Shown here: piece after piece, positions 9,869-20,391 of the stretch
Layout: each line of letters opens with the position of its first letter
Position numbering within the stretch: the stretch's first letter is position 1
The notes under the pieces: generated by a model
What the model was told of the DNA's origin: nothing
What the model saw: the letters and a program-made list of their open reading frames with translations, nothing else
Database searches by the model: none
NCBI GenBank assembly: GCA_963816185.1
Contig: CAWFJJ010000029.1
Span: 292,974 to 356,973 of the forward strand
DNA length: 64,000 nt
Direction: 5' to 3'
Source of the DNA: Thermoanaerobaculia bacterium
GTDB lineage: Bacteria > Acidobacteriota > Thermoanaerobaculia > UBA5066
Program-made: the position numbers and the translations under genes

Positions 9869-10823
9869 GGGGCGCAGAGTATCCCGAAGTACCCTAGCCG
9901 TCATCCGCGCACGCCTGGTCCTTGCCGCTGTCCTCTTCGCCGCGCCGCTCGCGGCCGAGCCGACTCGTCTCGTCATCGAGCCGCAGCCCGGACTTCCCCC
10001 GTCCGCGAACCGGCTCGTCGCCGGTCCGCATCCCTGGATCGCGAGCGTGATGGAGCTCGTGGGACTCGACGCACGGGGGCCGGACATCCACGTCGTCCTC
10101 GCGCCGGAGTCGTCGCCGCTCGCGCGTAACGCGCCGGGCTGGGTGTCGGGATACACGGACGCCGTGACCTCCGACGCCGGGAGCGTCGTCGTCCTCCTGG
10201 CCGAGCGCACGCCGTCGTATCCGGACGGCGGCCTCGAGGAGGTGCTCGCGCACGAGGTCGCGCACGTCCTCATCCATCGGGCGGCAGGCGGGCGGCCCGT
10301 ACCGCGGTGGTTCGACGAGGGGCTCGCGATGCTGGCGGCGCGCTCGTGGCGACTGCGCGACGAGACCGAGCTGGCGTTGGGCGTGCTGTCGGGCCCGCGC
10401 GTGCCTCTCTGGAAGCTGGACGGCCTGTTTCAGGGAGACCAGCGGGACGTGGAGCACGCCTACGCGCTCGCGGGCACGCTCGTGCAGGACCTCCTCGATC
10501 GCTACGGCCCGGCGATGCCGCGCCTCGTTCTCGCGCGCCTCGCGCGTGGAGAAACGTTCGACGAGGCGATGCGCGGCGCGACGGGCGCGACGCTCCTCGA
10601 CATCGGCGAGGCGTTTTACGCGCGGCAGGCGTCGCTGAAGCGCTGGATCCCGATCCTCACGAGCACCGCGGCGCTGTGGTTCGGGATTTCGCTTCTCGCG
10701 ATCGTCGCCGGAATCCGGAAGCGGCGGAGAAGGGCGGAGCTGGCGGAGCTGGCGGAGGCGGCGGAGGAAGCGGAGGAAGCGGAGGCGGAGATGGAGGATC
10801 CCACGGACGGGACGGTGAACTGA
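9858..10823 (+). CDS. Peptidase MA-like HExxH metalloprotease-like membrane protein
   Basis: Signal/anchor LVLAAVLFAAPLAAEP. Zinc motif HEVAHVL followed by WFDEGLA. C-terminal TM helix (IPILTSTAALWFGISLLAIVAGI) and an acidic tail. The start is ATG 9858 or 9867. Confidence 0.6.
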   Translation: MLNMGRRVSRSTLAVIRARLVLAAVLFAAPLAAEPTRLVIEPQPGLPPSANRLVAGPHPWIASVMELVGLDARGPDIHVVLAPESSPLARNAPGWVSGYTDAVTSDAGSVVVLLAERTPSYPDGGLEEVLAHEVAHVLIHRAAGGRPVPRWFDEGLAMLAARSWRLRDETELALGVLSGPRVPLWKLDGLFQGDQRDVEHAYALAGTLVQDLLDRYGPAMPRLVLARLARGETFDEAMRGATGATLLDIGEAFYARQASLKRWIPILTSTAALWFGISLLAIVAGIRKRRRRAELAELAEAAEEAEEAEAEMEDPTDGTVN

Positions 10824-10868
10824 GCGCAACCTCCGGGAGTCGTAGACTTGGGACAGGAGAGGCTGACT

Positions 10869-11297
10869 GTGCCCTTTCGCCTGATCTACTCCTCCGAGGC
10901 GGCCCGGGGACTCACCGAGGTCGCGCTGGAGGAGATGCTCGCGGAGTCGCGAATCCGGAATCAGGCGCACAGCATCACGGGCGTGCTCATCTTCGTCGAC
11001 GGCGCATTTCTGCAGATCCTCGAAGGGGAGAAGAAGGACGTCTTCGATCTCATGGAGCGGATCCAGCGCGACCCGAGGCACCATGACATCAAGGTGTTCT
11101 ATGAGGAGGAAGTCGACGAACGCGCGTTCGCGTCGTGGAGCATGGCCTACCTCAGCCCCATCGTCGAGGAAGTCGCGAAGTGGGCCGAGCTCGAGGGCGG
11201 CACGACGATCGGGGACGTCCTGGCCTCGGTCGAGAGCAACCCTGGGCGCCTCCCGAAGATGGTCGTCAACATCCTGAAGACGCTCGCAGCGCCGTAG
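10869..11297 (+). CDS. BLUF-domain (blue-light FAD sensor) protein, stand-alone
   Basis: FRLIYSS ... ITGVLIFVDGAFLQILEGEKKDV ... IQRDPRHHDI matches the BLUF signature. GTG 10869 is preceded by GGAGAGG at 7 nt; the track start is TTG 10848. Confidence 0.8.
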   Translation: MPFRLIYSSEAARGLTEVALEEMLAESRIRNQAHSITGVLIFVDGAFLQILEGEKKDVFDLMERIQRDPRHHDIKVFYEEEVDERAFASWSMAYLSPIVEEVAKWAELEGGTTIGDVLASVESNPGRLPKMVVNILKTLAAP

Positions 11298-11401
11298 GCC
11301 CGCGGCCTCAGTGAGCGGGAGCGGTCCGCGAGAATCTTCCAGTCCGTCCGCGGTCGAGTCGCACACCCCACGCCCGCCAACCGGCCTAGGATGTCCTCCT
11401 C

Positions 11402-11887
11402 ATGCGCATCCGCCACTACTGGCGAAAGAACCTTCTGCAGCACGAACCAATGCGCGTCCGTGCCGTCGCGTGCGATGCGGCGGGGACGGTTGCGCTGCTG
11501 TCGAAGGAGCCGCAGGACGCGCTCGGGTGGTTCTCGCGGTTCATCGCGTTTCTGACGACGCCGTTCAAGAGGATCGGGATCAGCGGCTGGAAGGAGACGG
11601 GTTGCACGGGAGAGGGGACCGGCAGGCCGGTGCGCGACGCACAGCACTCGACGGACGGGTTCTACACGATCGACGTTGCGCTTCAGGCCCTTACGCTCGG
11701 CGCCGAAGACGCGCCCGCGGGCCGCTGCCTGCGCCTCGAAATCGAGCCCGGGACGCGCGCGCACGAGGTGTGCGCAAGGGGTCCGGTCAGGCAGGGGAAG
11801 CTCGTCTCGTTCGGCGGCGCGTTGGTGATCGATACCGACGGGCCGTTCCTCGAGATCCACCCGGACGCCCAGTTCGAGGTGGGCTGA
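11402..11887 (+). CDS. Hypothetical protein
   Basis: 161-aa ORF on the plus strand between convergent neighbours. No family was recognised and the start is uncertain (M1 or M17). Confidence 0.35.
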   Translation: MRIRHYWRKNLLQHEPMRVRAVACDAAGTVALLSKEPQDALGWFSRFIAFLTTPFKRIGISGWKETGCTGEGTGRPVRDAQHSTDGFYTIDVALQALTLGAEDAPAGRCLRLEIEPGTRAHEVCARGPVRQGKLVSFGGALVIDTDGPFLEIHPDAQFEVG

Positions 11888-11896
11888 GGGGTCCGG

Positions 11897-13471
11897 CTAG
11901 TTCCAGTGCTTGAAGTCCGGGGTCCAGTACTCCGCAAGCGTGTGGCGGAGGCCGCGGCACATGTAGATCGGGCGGTTCTCCTCGGCCATCCCCCAGGGGT
12001 GGAAGTGCTCCCCGGCCTTCTCGACCGACCGGCAGTGATCCTCCACGCGCCGCCGGCCCCATTGCAGCCAGATGAGGTTCTCGGGCTCCCGCTTCGGCGG
12101 TCCCCAGAAATAGTGGTTCTGGTGCGCGCAGATCGGCGGCGGCAGTCCGTAGGCGGGTCCGAAAAGGTTCAGCGCGCCGGCCTCCCCGTAGTTGCTCGCG
12201 AAGATGCCGGTCTTCGCGCGTTCTTCCGGCGGCAGCGAGCGATAGATCCGGGCCACGTCCGCAACCAGCTCCTCCCAGCCGAACTGGTCTCCGAGGCGCT
12301 GCTCCAGGGGCCCGTCGTGCTCGACCTCGGTCTTCGGCGGTGCGATCCCGAGCCGCCTCTGGTAGGCGAGCAGCTTCTCGGGAGGCAAGAACGGCAGGAT
12401 CGCGGGAATCAAGATCGCGCCCGCGGCGAGGACGTACGCCGCGAGGGCAACCTTCGGCCAGAGTCTCTCGCGGCTCCATGCCCGGCGCGTCAGCCAGTCT
12501 TCCACCGCCACGGCTCCGGCGGCGAAGAGCATCGGATAGATGGGGGCCAGGTAGTAGTTCTTCGCCTTGAGGACGATCATCATTCCCAAGAGCAGCACAT
12601 AGGTCCAGCCGAGGACGCGCAGCCGTGACCCTCGCCCGAAAAGGAAAGAGGCAAGCCCAGCGAACCAGATTGGAAACAGGGCGGGGTGAAGCAGGAAGAT
12701 CTGCTGGCCCACGAACTCCAGCGGACTCAAGACGACGTTCTTGCCCGTTCGGCGGACATTCTCGAGATCCTCGAGGGTGGGGTAACCGTGCCGGACTTGC
12801 CAAATGAGGTTGGGAAGGAAGATCAGGAGTGCGATGCCTCCGCCTATCCAGATCCAGGGCTTGCGGAGCTCCCGGCGCTGAGGGCTGAGGAGCAACGCGG
12901 CCGCGACGGCGGCGCCGAAGAGCAGCGTCGAGTGCTTGTTCTCGAGACCGAACCCCGCAAGCACGCCGAACCACATCCAGAGCCGCGAGTCGCCCGTGCG
13001 CACGATGCGGATCAGGAAGAAGACGCACCCCATCCAGAACAGGGCCTCGAAGCCGTTCATCGTGAGGATGCTGTCCATGCCGAGGTACATGGGCGCGGCG
13101 AGCGCGCAGATTCCCGCGAGCGCCTGGGAAAAGCGGCCGCCCCCGAGCTCGCGCGCGAGGAGCATCGTGAGCACCACGCGCGCCGCCCCGGCGAGCGCCG
13201 CGAGCGAACGCAGAACGGGCAAGGAGCCGCCGAGGAGGAGGGCGACCTTCGCGTAGAGGGCGATCAAGGGCGCGCAGTCCACGTAGCCCCAGTCGAGGTG
13301 GCGGCCGCAGTCGAGGAAATAGAGCTCGTCCCGGAAGTAGCCATATCGGCCGGCCGTCACGAGGTGGACGAGAAGTTTCGCCCCGGCCAGGACCGCCACG
13401 ACGCGAAGATCGAGCGGCCCGATATGCCACCGTTCGTCGGTGCGAGTCTCGGGCCCGGTCTTCTGCGGCAT
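11897..13471 (-). CDS. GT-C fold glycosyltransferase (family 39 / ArnT-PMT-like) integral membrane protein
   Basis: 524 aa with more than 10 predicted TM helices. First-loop motif YFRDELYF (DE) is typical of ArnT/PMT-like enzymes, and there is a soluble C-terminal domain. Confidence 0.7.
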   Translation of the reverse strand: MPQKTGPETRTDERWHIGPLDLRVVAVLAGAKLLVHLVTAGRYGYFRDELYFLDCGRHLDWGYVDCAPLIALYAKVALLLGGSLPVLRSLAALAGAARVVLTMLLARELGGGRFSQALAGICALAAPMYLGMDSILTMNGFEALFWMGCVFFLIRIVRTGDSRLWMWFGVLAGFGLENKHSTLLFGAAVAAALLLSPQRRELRKPWIWIGGGIALLIFLPNLIWQVRHGYPTLEDLENVRRTGKNVVLSPLEFVGQQIFLLHPALFPIWFAGLASFLFGRGSRLRVLGWTYVLLLGMMIVLKAKNYYLAPIYPMLFAAGAVAVEDWLTRRAWSRERLWPKVALAAYVLAAGAILIPAILPFLPPEKLLAYQRRLGIAPPKTEVEHDGPLEQRLGDQFGWEELVADVARIYRSLPPEERAKTGIFASNYGEAGALNLFGPAYGLPPPICAHQNHYFWGPPKREPENLIWLQWGRRRVEDHCRSVEKAGEHFHPWGMAEENRPIYMCRGLRHTLAEYWTPDFKHWN

Positions 13472-13617
13472 GCCGAACGAGGTACGCGGCGCGGTGTTCC
13501 CTGGTTGCGCCGGCGGACCAGAGGGACCCGACCCGCCAAAATACTTGCCGTTGAGGCGGTTGCATCATGTCTGGCAAACGCTGACGAGACTCTAATTCAG
13601 GAAACTGAAAGGTCCGG

Positions 13618-16600
13618 ATGGAGCGCGTAATGGGGATTCGCGACGTCGGGTTCTCGGCGGCCGAAGCCGCGCTCGGGAAGGCTTTCGCCGAAGTCGCGCC
13701 GAACGCGCCCTTCGTGATCTACCAGTTCCGGGCCCGCCCGGACGGCACGTTCCATTTCCCGGTCGTTTCCTCCGGTTTCCAGGACCTCTTCGGCGTCACT
13801 CCTGGCGAAGTCGCGGAGAGTTGGAAGCCGGCCTTCTCACGCGTGCACCCGGAAGACCAGAAGACGCTCGCCGACGGGATTCTCGAGGCAAGCCGGACGC
13901 TCGTGCCGTGGCACGGGGAGTTTCGCGTGAGGAGCCCGCGCGGCGAGGTCTGGGTCGAGGGGCGCAGCACCGGTCGCCGCGAGCCCGACGGCAGCACGCT
14001 ATGGTTCGGCGTCCTCTTCGACATCACCGAGCGCAAGCGCATCGAGAAAGCCCTTCGCGAGCGCGAGGAGCAGCTCCACGCCATCTTCGATGTTGCGCCC
14101 GTGGGGATCGCGCAGGCGGACCCAACGACGGGGCGCTGGGTGGCCGTGAACCCGAGAATGTGCGCCATCACGGGCTACTCGGAGACCGAGCTGCTCACGA
14201 TGCGGGTCCCCGAGATCACGTATCCGGAGGATCGGGAGCGCGACTGGGCGCTTTTCCAGAACGTCGTGAAGGGCGAGGCGCCCGAATACCGGCTCGAGAA
14301 GCGCTACATCCGGAAGGACGGGTCCATCGCGTGGGTGAACGTGAACATGGTCGTTCTCCGCGATGCGAACAGACGTCCGACGCGGACCCTCGGCCTGATC
14401 GAGGACATCACCGAGCGAAAGAGAGGCGAGGAAGCGTTGCGGGCCAGCGAGCAGCGGTTCCGCGCCATGTTCGACGTCGTGCCCGTGGGTGTCGCTCTGG
14501 CTGATCCCGCGACCGGGCGGTTGCTGGCCGTGAATCCGAGGATGTCTCTCATCACGGGTTATTCGGCCGAGGAGCTCCTGGGAATGAGCGTCGCCGAGAT
14601 CACGCATCCCGAGGACCTGGAGCAGGACCGAAAAATGTTCCAGGGCATCGTCAGGGACGAGGCGCACGAGTATCGGATCGAGAAGCGCTACGTGCGCAAG
14701 GACGGCGACGTTGCGTGGGTGAACGCGAACATCGTCGTCCTTCCTGACGCAGCCGGGCGGCCGACGCGAACCCTCGCGACCATCGAGGACATCACGGAAC
14801 GCAAGAAGGCCGAGGCAAACATCGGCAAACTCAACGCCGAGCTCGAGGACGCGCTCCAATGGCAGCGGCAGATCTTCGAAGGGTCGCGGGACGCCGTGTT
14901 CCTGAGCGACGAGGAGGGACGGTTCGTCGCCGTCAACGAAGCGGCGACGGAGTTGACTGGTTTTTCCCGCGAGGAGCTGCTTTCGATGACGATTCCCGAC
15001 CTCCACGACGATCCCGACCTCGCGGCGTACAACGCGTTCCATCGCCGCATCCTGGATGGCGAGCGGATCCTGTCGGAAGCGCCGATCCGAAGGAGGAACG
15101 GCAGCAAAGTGGCGGTCGAGTTCAACAACAGCCTCGTCGTCATAGGCGGCAAGCGATTCATGCACACGGCGAGCCGGGACGTCACGGAGCGCAGGAGAGC
15201 CGCCGAGGCCCTCGTCGCCTCGGAATCCCGGTACCGCGTCCTCTTCGAGAACGCGGCCGAGGGGATCGTCGCGATCGACCCGGAGACCGGCCGGTTCCAG
15301 TTCTTCAATCCGTCGGTGTGTGCCATGTTCGGATACACGCCCGAGGAGTTCGGGGAGCTGACCCTTTCAGACCTTCATCCGAGAGACGCGCTCGCGCAGG
15401 CCCTCAAGGAGATCCGGGCGGCGGTCCGCGGCTTCAGGCCGAAGATGGCATCCGGAATCCCGTGCCTCAGGAAGGACGGAACGACGTTTCTCGCGGACGT
15501 CCACGGAAGCGTCGTCACTCTCGCCGGCCGAAGAGTCGCATTCGGGTTCTTCACGGACATGACGGTGCGCGTGCGGCTCGAGGAGCAGCTGCGACAGGCG
15601 CAGAAGATGCAGGCGATCGGCCAGCTCGCGGGCGGCGTCGCCCACGACTTCAATAACCTCCTGACGGTGATCTCCGGGAACTGCGAGCTGCTCCTTTCGA
15701 GCACTTCCGCCGACGACCGGCGACGCGACTCTCTGGTGGACATTCGATCCGCGAGCGAGCGGGCCGCCTCGCTGACACGACAGCTCCTCGCGTTCAGCCG
15801 CAAGCAGATCCTCGAGCCGAGGCTCGTGGACGTGCACGAGGTCGTCACGGGAATCGAGAAGATGCTCCGCCGTCTCATCGGCGAGGACGTGGACCTGCAG
15901 ACCGACCTCGCCGCCGACCCGAGCTGGGTGAAGGTCGACCCGGGCCAGCTCGAGCAAGTCGTCATGAACCTCGTCGTGAACGCGCGCGATGCGATGCCTC
16001 ATGGAGGCCGCATCACGATCCGCACGCGGAACGTCGACCCGGCGGCCACCGTCGACCTCGAAGAGACGGGGGAGCCGGAGAGGCGCCCGCGGGTCGCGAT
16101 CGCGATCTCGGACAGCGGAAGCGGCATCACGCCCGAGGTGAAGGCCCATCTCTTCGAGCCTTTCTTCACGACGAAAGCGGCGGGCAAGGGCACGGGCCTC
16201 GGCCTCGCGACGGTCTACGGCGTCGTGAAGCAGAGCGGAGGCGACGTCGTCGTGGAGAGCGAGCCCGGAAAGGGCGCGACCTTCACGGTCGTCCTCCCGT
16301 CGCAGGATTCGCCGCGGCGGACTCGCGGCGCGAGCGGCACGCACAGGGCGCTTCCGCGTGGGACGGAGACCGTGCTCGTCGTCGAGGACGAGGAGGCCGT
16401 CCGGCGCATCGTGAAGATCGCGCTCGAGTCGACGGGCTATCGTGTGATCGAGGCCCGGAACGGGACCGAGGCGCTCGAGGCGATCCGCACGCACGCCGGC
16501 AAGATCCACGCCATGGTGACGGACGTCGTGATGCCGGAGATGAGCGGACGCGAGCTCGCGGAGCGGATCGCGAAGGAAGACCACCCCGGCTTGAAAATAC

Positions 16601-16737
16601 TCTACATGAGCGGTTACACGGACGACGCGGTCGTGCGCCACGGCATCGTCGAGTCGGGCGTCGCGTTTCTCCAGAAGCCGTTCTCGCCTCTCGCCCTCGC
16701 GCGCAAGGTGCGCGAGGTGCTCGACGCCGCCGGCTGA
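13618..16737 (+). CDS. Multi-PAS hybrid sensor histidine kinase with C-terminal receiver
   Basis: About five PAS/PAC repeats (repeated DITERK boundaries). H-box [14 protein letters not shown], HATPase N/G boxes ([25 protein letters not shown]), then REC (VLVVEDEE ... DVVMPEMSG ... KPF). Confidence 0.9.
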   Translation: MERVMGIRDVGFSAAEAALGKAFAEVAPNAPFVIYQFRARPDGTFHFPVVSSGFQDLFGVTPGEVAESWKPAFSRVHPEDQKTLADGILEASRTLVPWHGEFRVRSPRGEVWVEGRSTGRREPDGSTLWFGVLFDITERKRIEKALREREEQLHAIFDVAPVGIAQADPTTGRWVAVNPRMCAITGYSETELLTMRVPEITYPEDRERDWALFQNVVKGEAPEYRLEKRYIRKDGSIAWVNVNMVVLRDANRRPTRTLGLIEDITERKRGEEALRASEQRFRAMFDVVPVGVALADPATGRLLAVNPRMSLITGYSAEELLGMSVAEITHPEDLEQDRKMFQGIVRDEAHEYRIEKRYVRKDGDVAWVNANIVVLPDAAGRPTRTLATIEDITERKKAEANIGKLNAELEDALQWQRQIFEGSRDAVFLSDEEGRFVAVNEAATELTGFSREELLSMTIPDLHDDPDLAAYNAFHRRILDGERILSEAPIRRRNGSKVAVEFNNSLVVIGGKRFMHTASRDVTERRRAAEALVASESRYRVLFENAAEGIVAIDPETGRFQFFNPSVCAMFGYTPEEFGELTLSDLHPRDALAQALKEIRAAVRGFRPKMASGIPCLRKDGTTFLADVHGSVVTLAGRRVAFGFFTDMTVRVRLEEQLRQAQKMQAIGQLAGGVAHDFNNLLTVISGNCELLLSSTSADDRRRDSLVDIRSASERAASLTRQLLAFSRKQILEPRLVDVHEVVTGIEKMLRRLIGEDVDLQTDLAADPSWVKVDPGQLEQVVMNLVVNARDAMPHGGRITIRTRNVDPAATVDLEETGEPERRPRVAIAISDSGSGITPEVKAHLFEPFFTTKAAGKGTGLGLATVYGVVKQSGGDVVVESEPGKGATFTVVLPSQDSPRRTRGASGTHRALPRGTETVLVVEDEEAVRRIVKIALESTGYRVIEARNGTEALEAIRTHAGKIHAMVTDVVMPEMSGRELAERIAKEDHPGLKILYMSGYTDDAVVRHGIVESGVAFLQKPFSPLALARKVREVLDAAG

Positions 16738-16741
16738 GCGC

Positions 16742-17797
16742 TCAGCTCCCTTTCAGGCTCGCGATGTCGATCACGAAGCGATAGCGCACGTCGCTCTTGA
16801 GCATCCTTTCGTACGCCTCGTTGATCTTCTGGATCGGGATCATCTCGACGTCCGAGACGATCTTCTTCGACGCGCAGTAGTCCAGCATCTCCTGGGTCTC
16901 GGCGATGCCGCCGATCATGGATCCGGCGAGCGTCTTGCTGCCGTAGATGAGCGACATCATGGCGACGGAGGCCGGCTTCGGCGGGACGCCGAGGCAGACC
17001 ATCGCCCCCTCCGGCTTGAGAAGGCCGAGATGCGTGTTGAGGTCGTGCTCGACCGAGATCGTGTCGATCAGGAGATCGAACCGCCCCGCCAGCTTCTTGA
17101 GGTTCTCGGGGTCTTTCGTGAGCTCGAAGGCGTGGGCGCCGAGCCTGCGCGCGTCCGCCTCCTTGGCGCGCGAGGTGCTGAGCATCGTGACCTCCGCCCC
17201 CATCGACGCGGCCAGCTTCACGGCCATGTGGCCCAGCCCTCCGAGGCCCACGACGCCCACGCGCTGGTCGGGCGCGCATTTCCAGCGTTTGAGAGGCGAA
17301 TACGTGGTGATCCCCGCACAGAGGAGCGGGGCCGCCGCCGCGAGCTCGAGGCCGGGCGGAACCTTCAGCGTGTACCGCTCGGCGACGACGATCTCGGTCG
17401 AGTAGCCGCCATACGTCGGCGTCTTGCGGTCCATCTCGGTGCCGTTGTACGTGAAGGCCGCCCCTTTCAGGCAGAACTGCTCGAGGTGGCGCAGGCACGG
17501 CTCGCATGCGTGGCACGAATCGACGAAACAGCCGACGCCGGCCAGGTCTCCCACGGCGAACTTCGAGACGTCGGCGCCGACCTTCGTCACCTTCCCGACG
17601 ATCTCGTGGCCCGGCACCATCGGGAAGACGGCGCCGCTCCACTCGTCGCGGACCTGGTGGACGTCGGAGTGGCAGACGCCGCAGTAGAGGATGTCGATCT
17701 GGACGTCGCGCGGCCCCGGCTCGCGACGCGTGATCGGGTGCGGAACGAGCGGGGCCTTCGCGGAGGGGGCGGCCCAGGCGGGGATGGGAGCGGTCAT
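16742..17797 (-). CDS. Zn-dependent NAD(P) alcohol dehydrogenase (CAD/YahK-like)
   Basis: Motifs CGVCHSDVH, GHEIVGKV and GVVGLGGLGH are present. ATG 17797 is preceded by GGAGGA at about 8 nt. Confidence 0.85.
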   Translation of the reverse strand: MTAPIPAWAAPSAKAPLVPHPITRREPGPRDVQIDILYCGVCHSDVHQVRDEWSGAVFPMVPGHEIVGKVTKVGADVSKFAVGDLAGVGCFVDSCHACEPCLRHLEQFCLKGAAFTYNGTEMDRKTPTYGGYSTEIVVAERYTLKVPPGLELAAAAPLLCAGITTYSPLKRWKCAPDQRVGVVGLGGLGHMAVKLAASMGAEVTMLSTSRAKEADARRLGAHAFELTKDPENLKKLAGRFDLLIDTISVEHDLNTHLGLLKPEGAMVCLGVPPKPASVAMMSLIYGSKTLAGSMIGGIAETQEMLDYCASKKIVSDVEMIPIQKINEAYERMLKSDVRYRFVIDIASLKGS

Positions 17798-17898
17798 GGT
17801 GGAGTCCTCCTCGTGAGCGTGACTTTCCTCGGCCACGGCAATCCTACATTCGGCTGCACGGGTGCGGGACGCCCGCCGCCCGCCTGTAGACTGAAGAG

Positions 17899-18531
17899 GT
17901 GGGCTCCTCCGAAGGCGCCGTGACGGACCTCGCTTCGCTCCTCGGCTCGATCGACATCTACCTCTTCGATCAGATCTTGCGCGGGCGGGTCCCGGCGGGA
18001 AGCGACGTATTCGATGCGGGCTGCGGCCCGGGAAGAAACCTCGTGTACTTCCTGCGCGAGGGCTACGACGTCCGAGCGCTCGACCCCGACGCCGACGCGA
18101 TCGGCGCTGTGCGCCAGCTCGCCCGATCTCTCGCGCCGCGCCTCGACCCCTCGAATTTTCGGGCGGAGCCGGTCGAGACGAACAGCTTTCCGGACTCCTC
18201 GGCGGACTTCGTCATCTCGAGCGCCGTCCTGCACTTCGCCCGGAACCGCGCGCACTTTCGGGCGATGCTCGAAGGCACGTGGCGCCTCGTGAGGAGCGGC
18301 GGCGTCCTCTTTTGCCGCCTTGCCTCGACGATCGGAATGGAAGGCCGCTTCACACTGCTTGGGAACGGCCGGTTCCGGCTTCCGGACGGCACCGAGCGCT
18401 TCGTCGTCGACGAAAAGACCCTGATGGCCCTCACGGGCGAGCTCTCAGGCGAGCTGATCGACCCGCTGAAGACGACCGTCGTCCAGGATCGCCGCTGCAT
18501 GACCACGTGGGTCATGAGGCGGGTGGACTGA
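17899..18531 (+). CDS. Class I SAM-dependent methyltransferase
   Basis: Motif I VFDAGCGPGRN and post-I acidic residue. GTG start. The 3' end overlaps the convergent thioesterase gene by 20 nt. Confidence 0.75.
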   Translation: MGSSEGAVTDLASLLGSIDIYLFDQILRGRVPAGSDVFDAGCGPGRNLVYFLREGYDVRALDPDADAIGAVRQLARSLAPRLDPSNFRAEPVETNSFPDSSADFVISSAVLHFARNRAHFRAMLEGTWRLVRSGGVLFCRLASTIGMEGRFTLLGNGRFRLPDGTERFVVDEKTLMALTGELSGELIDPLKTTVVQDRRCMTTWVMRRVD

Positions 18532-19273
18532 CGGCCGCGATCACGGCGCGGGCGACTTCCTTCCCGTCTTTTTCGCGGGAGAGGAGGACGCGCGTCGCGC
18601 CCGAGGCTTCCACGACGCGCGAGAGCAGGACGTCTCCTTCGAACGCCTCGCCGCGGAAGTCCGCCTCGAACGTGAGCGGAGGGGTGGCTGCCTTCGGCGG
18701 CGCCGTCAAGAGAGCGCGCAGGATCGCCACGTTGTTCGCGTGGTCGTTCAGGTCGAGGTCGTAACGCGTCACGCGAAACGGCGTGCCGGGGGCGCCGATT
18801 TCGTCCTCCGGCGCCGCGAGCGGCTCGAACGGATCCTCGATCAGGCGCGGCGGCGACGACTTCGCCATCTCGACGAGGTCCGGCGACTGCCGCAGCGGGC
18901 GCTTCGTCGCGACGGCGAGGAGGAGCCAGGCCGACGTCGCACGGGCGAGCTCGGTTCCGTCCGCGGTGGTCACGCGGAATTCGCGCAGGGCCCAGAGGCG
19001 GTGGACGCCCGCCGGCCACGTCTCGACCGCGATCTCCTCGCGCCAGGCGGGCAGCGCCGCGAGCTTCAGCGTGAGGCGCGACAGGATCCACGTCTGTCCG
19101 CGCGCGAGGAGCACGTCCGAGCCCCAGCCGAGCGCGGTCGCGTGGTTTCCCGCGATTTCCTGGAAGAGGTCGAAGAGGGCGGGGAGGCGCAGGCGAGCGT
19201 CCGGGCCCATCTCGCTCGCGCGGATGCGGAAGCGCTCGCGGAAGGTCGAAGGCCTGGACGCAGCGCCGCTCAT
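18512..19273 (-). CDS. Acyl-ACP thioesterase (double hotdog)
   Basis: FRIRASEMGPDARLRLPALFDLFQEIA ... and a second hotdog with DLDLNDHANNV. ATGA overlap with the upstream DAHP synthase gene. Confidence 0.75.
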   Translation of the reverse strand: MSGAASRPSTFRERFRIRASEMGPDARLRLPALFDLFQEIAGNHATALGWGSDVLLARGQTWILSRLTLKLAALPAWREEIAVETWPAGVHRLWALREFRVTTADGTELARATSAWLLLAVATKRPLRQSPDLVEMAKSSPPRLIEDPFEPLAAPEDEIGAPGTPFRVTRYDLDLNDHANNVAILRALLTAPPKAATPPLTFEADFRGEAFEGDVLLSRVVEASGATRVLLSREKDGKEVARAVIAAVSPPAS

Positions 19274-20391
19274 CCGCCCGCCGCGTGCTTTTGCGCGAGC
19301 GCGCGGCGCTTCTCCCAGGTCTCGCGCGCGAGGGCGACGTCCTCGAGGAACCAGCCGAGCTCCGAAAGGAGCAGCGCCTGCGGGCCGTCCACGAGCGCTT
19401 TCGCGGGGTTCGGGTGGAAGTCGACGAGGACCATGTTCGCGCCCGCGACGACGCCCTGCGCCGTCACGTGCATGAGATCGAGGATGCCGTCCGGCGCGCG
19501 GTCGCGCGAGCCGACCGAGTGCGACGGGTCGATGCAGACGGGGAGGCGCGTGAGGCGCTTCACGACGGGAACGAGCGCGAAGTCCACGAGGTTGCGGTGC
19601 GGGTCGCCGAGGTTCGTCTTGACGCCGCGCAGGGCGAACACGATCTGCGACTTGCCCTCGCTCGCGAGGTACTCGGCGGCGTTGAGCGACTCGTTGAGCG
19701 TGATGCCGAAGCCGCGCTTGACGAGGACGGGGAACTCCGGCTGCCGGCCGACCGCCTTCAGCAGCTCGAAGTTCTGGATGTTGCGCGTGCCGATCTGGAG
19801 CATGACGCCCGTGGGCTTGCCCGTCTTCTCCAGGCACTCGGCGATCTCGTCTACGTGGCTCTCGTGCGTCACCTCCATCGCGATGACGCGGATGCCGTGC
19901 CGACCCGCGCGCGTGAAGACCTCGGGAAGGCAATTCTTTCCGTGCCCCTGGAACGAGTAGGGATTCGTGCGCGGCTTGTACGCGCCCATGCGCGTGGTCG
20001 TCTGGTGGAACTTCTCGAGCTCTTTGAACATCGCCTCGACGTTCTCGTCCGTGTCCACGGCGCAAAGCCCCGCGAAGACGTTCAGGTTGTCCTGCGAGAA
20101 GTCGACGCCGTTGTACGTGAAGCCGCTCGCGCGCCGGTCGTCCTTGTGGCGTCCGAGGACGCGGTATTCCTCCGACACGCGCACGACGCGCTCCACGCCT
20201 GGGAGCGTCCGGATGTCCTCGAGGGAGAGGCGATGCGTGTCGCCGATGAGGTAGACCTCTGTGACGGTTTTCAGGGCGCCTTTCACCCGGTGGACCTTGA
20301 CTTCGATGTCGGGCAGGGCACGCAGGGTGTCGAGAAGCTCACGCTCCCTGGCGGGGTTCGCCGCGAGGGCGGGGTCGAGGAGGACGATCAC
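19270..20391 (-). CDS. 3-deoxy-7-phosphoheptulonate (DAHP) synthase, type I-beta with N-terminal regulatory domain
   Basis: Motifs KPRTNPYSFQG, GTRNIQNF, CIDPSHS. GTG start overlaps the pheA stop (GTGA). Confidence 0.85.
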   Translation of the reverse strand: MIVLLDPALAANPARERELLDTLRALPDIEVKVHRVKGALKTVTEVYLIGDTHRLSLEDIRTLPGVERVVRVSEEYRVLGRHKDDRRASGFTYNGVDFSQDNLNVFAGLCAVDTDENVEAMFKELEKFHQTTTRMGAYKPRTNPYSFQGHGKNCLPEVFTRAGRHGIRVIAMEVTHESHVDEIAECLEKTGKPTGVMLQIGTRNIQNFELLKAVGRQPEFPVLVKRGFGITLNESLNAAEYLASEGKSQIVFALRGVKTNLGDPHRNLVDFALVPVVKRLTRLPVCIDPSHSVGSRDRAPDGILDLMHVTAQGVVAGANMVLVDFHPNPAKALVDGPQALLLSELGWFLEDVALARETWEKRRALAQKHAAGG

